From Marsupella aquatica (Eukaryota; Plantae; Marchantiophyta), in the NCBI GenBank assembly GCA_973895155.1, contig OZ316897.1:18863111-18927110 (forward strand): a stretch of DNA of 64,000 bases, given 5' to 3'. The position numbers were made by a program, and so were the translations under genes. The notes under the pieces are model-generated. The model was not told the origin of the DNA and ran no database searches. It was given only the letters and a program-made list of their open reading frames with translations. The number at the start of each line of letters is the position of its first letter. The first letter of the stretch is position 1. This document shows positions 56,861 through 64,000 of the stretch, in pieces.

Positions 56861-59800
56861 TACCTATATGACCATTGAATTTCCGATATACGGATGAGGA
56901 GGTTCTGCAGCTCAGAATTTTGGAGTTTGCGAGAAAGCTACCTCCAGGTCGTGGTATAAAGCATTGAAACCGAGCATGACAGGAATATATATCCAGTTCA
57001 GACGGAAACTTGTATTTATGTGTTCAATGAGTCGCTTTTAAATTTCCTGAACGTAACTTCATTTGTATTGTGTCTGCCCTTTGTGCCACCAAGTTTTGGC
57101 GCCAGCTGAGAAATGAGACCCTATGTAATAATAAAGAGAATATTCATGTCCAGCAAGTTTGGAGGTTTAAGACCGAATGGGACAGCTCAGAAGGTTTGCC
57201 ACATTTGTGGGAAGTACAAAAGGGAATCTAAAATGTCGGAAGGTGTGCTGCACGATGACCAGCAACCTTCAGAATGTAAGCTTGGGGTCAAGACCACTGC
57301 TTATGGTGACGGTAGGGAACCTTGACTGGATCCCTATTGTGGTTCTGATTACGATGGTTTGAGAATCAGAGATGAGTTACTGGCATTTCCGCTTTTCTGG
57401 TGGTGGGCAGGACATAACTTGGCACATATTTGGCATCGTGGAGTTCTGCTTTGCACAGACATTGCCACAAACCAGCTTGAGTACTGCAATGGAAATCCAG
57501 CTGAAATGGACACCACCTAGTTGATGGATATAGAATGTGGGTCAATGTGAAAAAGAACTGTGCCATTCTAAATCGTGTATTGTATGATGGGATGGAAGGG
57601 CTAGCAGCTCTCAACAGAGCAAACGCAGCGAAATTTGGTGGTGATTTAAGATGAGGTTCTTATCCGGGAGTCATTTCTTTCGGTCAACTGCAGTGTCTTC
57701 GCATCCGAAGCAGAGGACTCCAAGTCCCCAAAGTAATGTTTGCTCCTTTCTTCGTCTTTTCTGCTGGCAAGAAGAAGTTGGGTAGGCCAAAATCAGAAAG
57801 GAATAGCTCAACCAACTCAATTATCTGACCAGACTGAGGAGAGCTGCGATTTGCACCTAGCCTCACTCTGTTGGTGGGGACAAAAGTAAAGGTGACAAGT
57901 GAGTTTTGAAGGTTGAAAGCAAGTAATGTTTGTATCCAACATGAGAAACGGAGGCTTGACGTTGTTGTTGGCTTGTTACTATAGGTTCTTAAGCTGGAAC
58001 AATTGTTGTCTATGTGGGGGGCATCCATGATACCATTAAATCCGAACCCACATTGACCTGTCCTGCACTTCTGCTGCTGGTTTCCGGGTTTAAAAGCCAG
58101 GAAATCATCCTTTCAGTCTCTGACCCAAGGCGGGAAATCATGCTCTCTTTCTGTGGCCTGCGTCTAAATAAAATTACTGGCTCTCGGTTGCTCACAAGCT
58201 CACCTGGTCTCGTGGAGTGGTTCATGCACAATTCTCGGTGAAATTGGGCCCTCTAAAGATTCGGGTGCGGGTGGATTGTAGGAGACCGTCGAATTCACGA
58301 AAGCTTTGAGAGTGGTTTCTTTGTCTTCCAGAACGAGAGGAGAGAGCAGAGAACCCACAGACGTGTGCATCGAAGTGTTCTATCTTCCTATCCAGTAATG
58401 GTGATGATGATGAATTCGAGTCGAGAATGCGAATTTCTGTTTCCATTGAGACGAAGTTTCTCAATAACTCTTACAAATGCTTACAATCTGAGGTCTTTGC
58501 CAATGTCCATTCCGTCCAGTAGGTCCAACCCACTGCCGTAGGAAAGGGAATGTAGATGGTATGCTGTAGCTACTTGGGAATGTCACCCCTGACGAATTGA
58601 CAATGAATGAAACGCATGACCAGGAAATAATATTCTCTGCGGTTCTTTCGATGGATTGGCTGGAAATCGTGGCTAGCTTAGCACGACCTCTAGAACTCAC
58701 GAGAACAATGTGCGTGGACTCATGCAGAATGTGTTACATTAGCAAAACACAACTCTCTCGAACCATTTGACGTACCGTATCGGAGTTTCAAATCGCAACT
58801 TTTGCACTTTGCTCCTGTCATCTGGCAGAAGAAATATAGATTTTGATTTGGTTTGAATTTAGTTCATCGAATAAGCTTAACAAATTCCACATCTCCAGTA
58901 TCTTGGCCGTTTCTGTCGTAGAGTTCAGGGCTATAGACCTCAATCCCTCATTTGTATAGAAAGTTTGTTATACCCCAAGCAGTCGAAGAATGTGTGGTAT
59001 ATCTCTTTTGATACACCACGAGGATTTGAATATACTAGCCCGACTTCCCTTTCTTCGAACATAAGTAGAGGTGAAGCCTATGCTGCGTCCATTCATTTTA
59101 ACATCCCCACCTCAACTCTGGCCGCACCCGCAAATTCAGAATCAGCTTCAGTATAGACAGTAGGCCGTGAATCCTGTAGCTTCACATGAAGCTGTAGTAG
59201 TATAATATAGATAGTAGTTAGATTCAGGTCTGTGCGTCTCGTAGTTTGACGAAGAAGTTTCGTTAAAATCAATATCATGATTGGATTGAGAGATTCAGCG
59301 CCATCATGGTTCAGGGTTTATGGTCAGCATGGGCTCCACACGGACAGGCTCCATAGCTTTGTCCATGCAACATCTCTTTTCCAGGAATGCCGAAGAACAA
59401 ATACGGCCAATTTGGGAAACAGCATACCAACGACAGAAAACAACAGAAAACAAAATAATGGAGAGAAAACAATGAACAAAAAGGACCAAATTGGGAAAAT
59501 ATCACCCAAAGACAGAAAACAACATAAAACACAACAAAGGAGAGAACACAATGAACAAATAGGGCCCAATTGGGAAACAGGATCCAAAAGACAGAAAACC
59601 CAACAAAGGGGGAGAAAAGAGGGAGAAAAACCAGGAGACCAATGATCCAACGAGCCTGAGTCCCCCAAAACTAAAACCCCAATTGACAAACAAACTGACA
59701 AAGCCTGCCAAAGCTCCAAGGTCTTTAGTCCAAAGTCATAGCCTACTATTGTTTGAAGATACAGACAGAAGCATAGGAGGGGCTCTCAATGACGTCTTGT

Positions 59801-60283
59801 AAGGGACGACCTCAGTTGGACAATAAGAACATGGGATCGAACGTGTGGGGCTGAACAACCTTTAGCCAAAAGCAAGAGCCTCCAACTACCCACCAATGAC
59901 TTCCAGTGGGACACACGGCAACAAACCTCAGTTGACTTCTCGAGGTACCCATCCCCATTCAATAACATGACACTCTGATTTGCGTCATTGAGGCATTCGG
60001 GGCCTTCACGAGCTGTTACAAGTACTTGATACCCTTCGTGAAGTTTTTCTTTGTACTTTTCTGGGCATTCTGGGAGCATATTGCCCGGGGCCAAATGTGT
60101 ATCACCTCTTTGGAAAAAGATCCTTCTCTACTTTTACTAAAGTTTAAAAAAATAATATTCTCGAGTCTAGAAGTGTAGTAGTTAAGGAGCACCAGCCTGA
60201 ATGCCCATCCTTTCGATAACAATACATATGATGACAAAAATAAGCATGCATCATCATCTTTAGATACAATATATCCCATCCAC

Positions 60284-60971
60284 ACCAGGTTTTTGCAGTC
60301 GGACAAGATGTCTACTTGTCCGACACGGCAAATGAAAACTTGTCCACCCAAAAATGGCCTATTTGTCCAATATTCCCTTATATTCCCCGGCCGGGACCAA
60401 AAATTCTCAACTCATCCCCGGCCCAGTCCCAAACTCTCCCGACCCCTCCCGGCCGGGTCCCAGACTTTCCTGAACCCTCCCGGCCCGGTCCCAAACTCCC
60501 CTGGTTAAGTGAGCCTATTCCCGGCTGCGTAGTCCCGGCCCACCCGGCTTCCCCCCCCCCCCCCGGTCCCGGAATCTCCCGGTTAACTGGTTAAGTGAGC
60601 CTTTTCCCAGCCCAGCTGTGGCTGCCTATTCCCGGCCTGGCTCCCCCACCCCCCCCCCTCCCTCCCCACCCAGCTCTCCCCAACCAAATCCCGGCAAGCC
60701 CGACCCCCCCCCCCCTGACCGGCCCTCCCCGCCTGCCCAAAGTCTCCCGGCCCCGGTCCCGGAATCTCCCGGTTAAGTGAGCCTGGCTCCCCCCACCCCC
60801 CCCGACTCTCCCTCCCCACCCAGCTCTCCCCAACCAACTCCCGGCAAGCCCGACCCCCCCCCTCCCCCCTCCCCCGGCCTGGCCCTGTCACCCAGCCAGG
60901 ATCGACCGGGGCGATATATGTCATTTGTCACCCCAAATGGCCCTATTTGTCCGACAAGTACAAACATTTGG
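60284..60971. repeat. GC-rich repeat island with CCGG/poly-C units and TTGTCC/GGACAA motifs; possible non-autonomous DNA transposon
   Basis: Sharp GC shift; internal direct repeats (GGTTAAGTGAGCC, CCGGCAAGCCCGACCCCCCC); imperfect inverted ends around GTCGGACAA/TTGTCCGAC. No TSD found. Confidence 0.5.
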
Positions 60972-63107
60972 TAGGGCCCTAGAGTTCCGGTCTAGAGGCT
61001 TCACTTAGAAGCCTAGACCCCAATTGTAGCTTCTGTTGCCAGATTAGTAGTAAGATTTTCTACTAGTGGGAATTTTTTCCTTGTACTTTACTGAGCATCA
61101 ACTTTCCATATTGTCATTTTTGTAAAGTATTGCCCAGATAGCACAGCCAATGGGAGACTAGTGTGTCTATTCTATGATAAAGCACAAGTTCTCATAAATA
61201 GTAGTCCAAGTAATCCATATTACTCATTTCACATAAGAAATAACATGCTATATCTTCAGGAATTTGAGAGTATCAGTGTTATTTCATTAGCTCACCATAG
61301 AAGGTGATACATGGCTAAAAACTAATTGGGCATAAACTAGAAAAGAGCAGCATGAAAAACAGCTCATACTTCCAAAAAAATCACCAAGAAATGTTTCTAT
61401 GGTATGCTGTCCTATGGTGGGAAGTGAGTGGGAGAGGTTGAATGGAGGGAATTCATGGTTTATTCACTCAGCTACACAAATGAACAAGGTGGCTTAGGGG
61501 TAGAACCTCTTTTCTATAGTTGGTGTAACACAACCAATGAATGGCAATATTATGCATGAACCAACCACGCTCTAAAGTACCCAATCCCAATGTATATTGT
61601 TGAGCAAAGGCTACATTTCCAACGGATTGCCCATAAACATCCAACACACAAGTAGTCAACCTATAGAGATACGTGATTCATCTCAGATAATGAAGATTAT
61701 ATTCATGGGAACACACAAAAGCTTTATTGCACTCTAGGCTTGTCGGCCATACCAGGTCTCTATAACACAAGCTCATGCTATTTTTGAATTGGCTCCATAA
61801 CAATGAGCCTGAGTTACTCCTTCCAAGTAACAATATAGCGTGCAACATGACTATCCTAAGGAAGTATGCGACTAATGTTAGCCTAACTGTGGGTGCACTT
61901 GTAACTCTACTAGACCTAAGTGTAAATGCACATGTATCATGTCAACCATCCCTTATCCTTACAAATTTAATTTTATTGTTTTGCCTCAAATTGGGGTGGC
62001 CCACAAAGGGGTGGATAAAAGGTTCAGCTATGCTAATGAAAGGGAGGGTTTGGGGCAGAACCACTTTGATGGTTGACGTAACACAACGAAATGCGATATT
62101 ATACAGGAACCACCTATACATCAATCCTAATGGTTCCTGTAACCAACCTAAAAAAGTGAATTGAAATTCATTCCAAAAGCTACAGTAGCATACAATTGGG
62201 GTGGCCCACAAAAGGGGGGTCAGCAGCACCTGGCCAGAGGTAGTGGAGCGTGGAGCCCAGAAGTCCAGGGAAGCCTGCACCAGAAAAGTGGCAGGACCAA
62301 CGAAGGAAGCTAAACCTGCAATTTCAGTATTACAGCAATGAAAGGAAATTATGGTAAAGATACTACTGGAGAAGTTCGTTGTATACATATTGAAACGAAG
62401 ACAAAATAGTTACTATAACAATAAAAAATTGTGCTTTTTCCAGTTCATTTTTGCTCTCCCCTCATCCCTGTTTTCTGTCTTTCTGTGCACCCTCATTTTC
62501 AGTTTTGTTCTTATTCAGAGTTAAAAGGGGCTACAGTAGAAGCTTCAATCTAGACCATAGCCTTGAAAAGTAGCGTTTGCATCTCATTCTATTAGTAAAA
62601 TATAAAACGCTGGGAATCACGAAAAGCAATGGACTCCATGCTTTCGAGCCCTTTTTGGAATTTGATCGCAGCTGGGTGGCCTGACACCTGTGTGAAATCC
62701 AATTGCTCGACGGATTTGTTCATGCTCGAGAAAGCAATGCTTAGTTGCGAAGGGTAGCGCCGGCATAGCTTAGCTAGCTCCAGTCCAGTTTATGATGTGT
62801 GAGCGTCAAATGAATGATCCATTGCTGGTCTAGGAAATCTTGAGCTCATTCTTAAAGTCGTGGAAATTCATTGCAGTTTGTGTTACGGATTCCCCAATAG
62901 TCATATCAGAGTACCTGAGACATCTTCTAAGCACACATCGTCTTGCTGGTTTGGGAGAATTCGATTGCTGAATTGGGAGGGAGTGAAAATCTTGCACACA
63001 GAGAAAGCTGGCGGGATCAGACGAGAATCGAATTGTTCTTAGTTAGACGGACGAGCTTGTTGAGAGGGGAGTTGTTTCAATCCAGGAGATCGATTGCTTC
63101 TGTCAAA

Positions 63108-64000
63108 ATGGGGCTGAGCAAAGTGCTGATCATTGGAGGGACGGGCCTCCTCGGACAGAATATTGCAAATGCGAGTGTTAAACTCGGGCATCCCACTTTC
63201 GCTTTGGTGCGATCTGTCACACCGAGCGATCCTGCCAAGGCCGAGGTGTTGAAGTCTTTAGAGGATCAGGGAGTAAAGCTACTGGTGGGCGATCTGTCTG
63301 ACCATGCCAGCCTTGTGGCTGCCCTGAAGCAAGTCGAGGTTGTCATTTCAGCTGTGAGTGGAGCTGCACTTGTGGACCAGGTAAACATTGTGGAAGCTGC
63401 GAAGGAGGCAGGAACGATCAAGCGATTTCTCCCATCAGAGTTTGGTTTTGACATGGAAAAAGTTGTGATGGACATTGCGATCACGAAACCTGCGTTCGAA
63501 TCGAAGGTGAAGATTCAACTTGCTGCCAAGGAGGCGGGCATCCCTTATACCCTTGTGGTTGGGTTCGGGTTTGCAAGCTACTATCTTGCACCGATTCTAC
63601 AGGAAACGATTGGACTGCCACCCCCTCGAGACGGAAAATTGGTGATATTTGGCGAGGGCAATGTAAACGTCGTTTTGGTTGACGAGAAAGATATCGGCAC
63701 CTTCATTATCAAATGCATCGACGATCCAAGAGCAGTGAACAAGACTATGCACATCAGGCCGAAGGAGAACGTAATTTCACAAAACAAGTTAACTGCTTTG
63801 TGGGAGAAAAAAATTGGGCATGTTTTCGAGAAGGAAGTTATGGATACGGCTGAAATCCTCAAATCGATTTCAGAGCTGCCTTTCCCGGCCAACTTTTATC
63901 GAGCTCTGCATTATCACTTAATTGTGGCTGGGGGCATGAGTGGAGAGCTTGATCCATCTAAGGAGTTGGAGGCTACCGCTCTGTACCCTGATGTTAAGTA
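63108..64000 (+). CDS. Isoflavone-reductase-like / PCBER-like NmrA-family reductase (partial; runs off the window)
   Basis: MGLSKVLIIGGTGLLG (Rossmann GxxGxxG), LGHPTFALVR, GDLSDHASLVAALKQVEVVISAV, AAKEAGTIKRFLPSEFG and DDPRAVNK. No stop before the window end, so it is absent from the ORF track. Confidence 0.92.
   Translation, partial: MGLSKVLIIGGTGLLGQNIANASVKLGHPTFALVRSVTPSDPAKAEVLKSLEDQGVKLLVGDLSDHASLVAALKQVEVVISAVSGAALVDQVNIVEAAKEAGTIKRFLPSEFGFDMEKVVMDIAITKPAFESKVKIQLAAKEAGIPYTLVVGFGFASYYLAPILQETIGLPPPRDGKLVIFGEGNVNVVLVDEKDIGTFIIKCIDDPRAVNKTMHIRPKENVISQNKLTALWEKKIGHVFEKEVMDTAEILKSISELPFPANFYRALHYHLIVAGGMSGELDPSKELEATALYPDVK

Noticed and set aside
57100-59280. Possible decayed gene between the AVT6-like and IFR-like genes
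   Set aside because: The composition is coding-like, but the frames examined are broken and no family motif was recognisable.
59277-59719. ORFs in the A-rich segment (hydrophobic on the minus strand)
   Set aside because: Low-complexity degenerate repeats produce spurious membrane-like translations.

Overview
Eukaryotic land-plant DNA. It is probably a non-seed plant such as a bryophyte, but that is inference. Positions 1 to about 50,650 are a nested transposon stack. (i) A minus-strand non-chromovirus Ty3/gypsy element (142-11,202) has a 4.65-kb LTR that itself encodes a ~1,200-aa protein. It also has a clear -1 frameshift signal between gag-protease and pol, a second copy inserted into its 3' LTR, and a solo LTR at 30,520-35,209 (TSD GATCT). 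(ii) A CACTA/En-Spm element (A) has a small gene just upstream of its transposase, made of a histone-H3-like N-terminus plus an EDM2-type PHD module. (iii) A complete 11-kb En-Spm element (B; 17,998-29,034; TIR CACAACTACATTT, TSD AAG) carries a SET-domain exon inside the first transposase intron, and its non-coding DNA is dense in ACGTCGT motifs. (iv) A CACTA right end at 40,301 has long ATGAC-rich subterminal arrays. (v) It interrupts a Sola-like DNA transposon that carries a beta-class DNA N4/N6-methyltransferase-like plus FCP1-phosphatase cargo gene and two TCG-N9-CGA palindrome arrays. The right part of the window holds host genes: an AVT6-like amino-acid transporter with a decayed partial duplicate, and an isoflavone-reductase-like gene that runs off the end. 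The main candidate novelty is that three different DNA transposons each carry a chromatin reader, writer or modifier, and two of them also show an element-specific non-coding motif array, suggestive of transposon-encoded anti-silencing systems. All domain calls come from motif recognition by eye, not from database searches.
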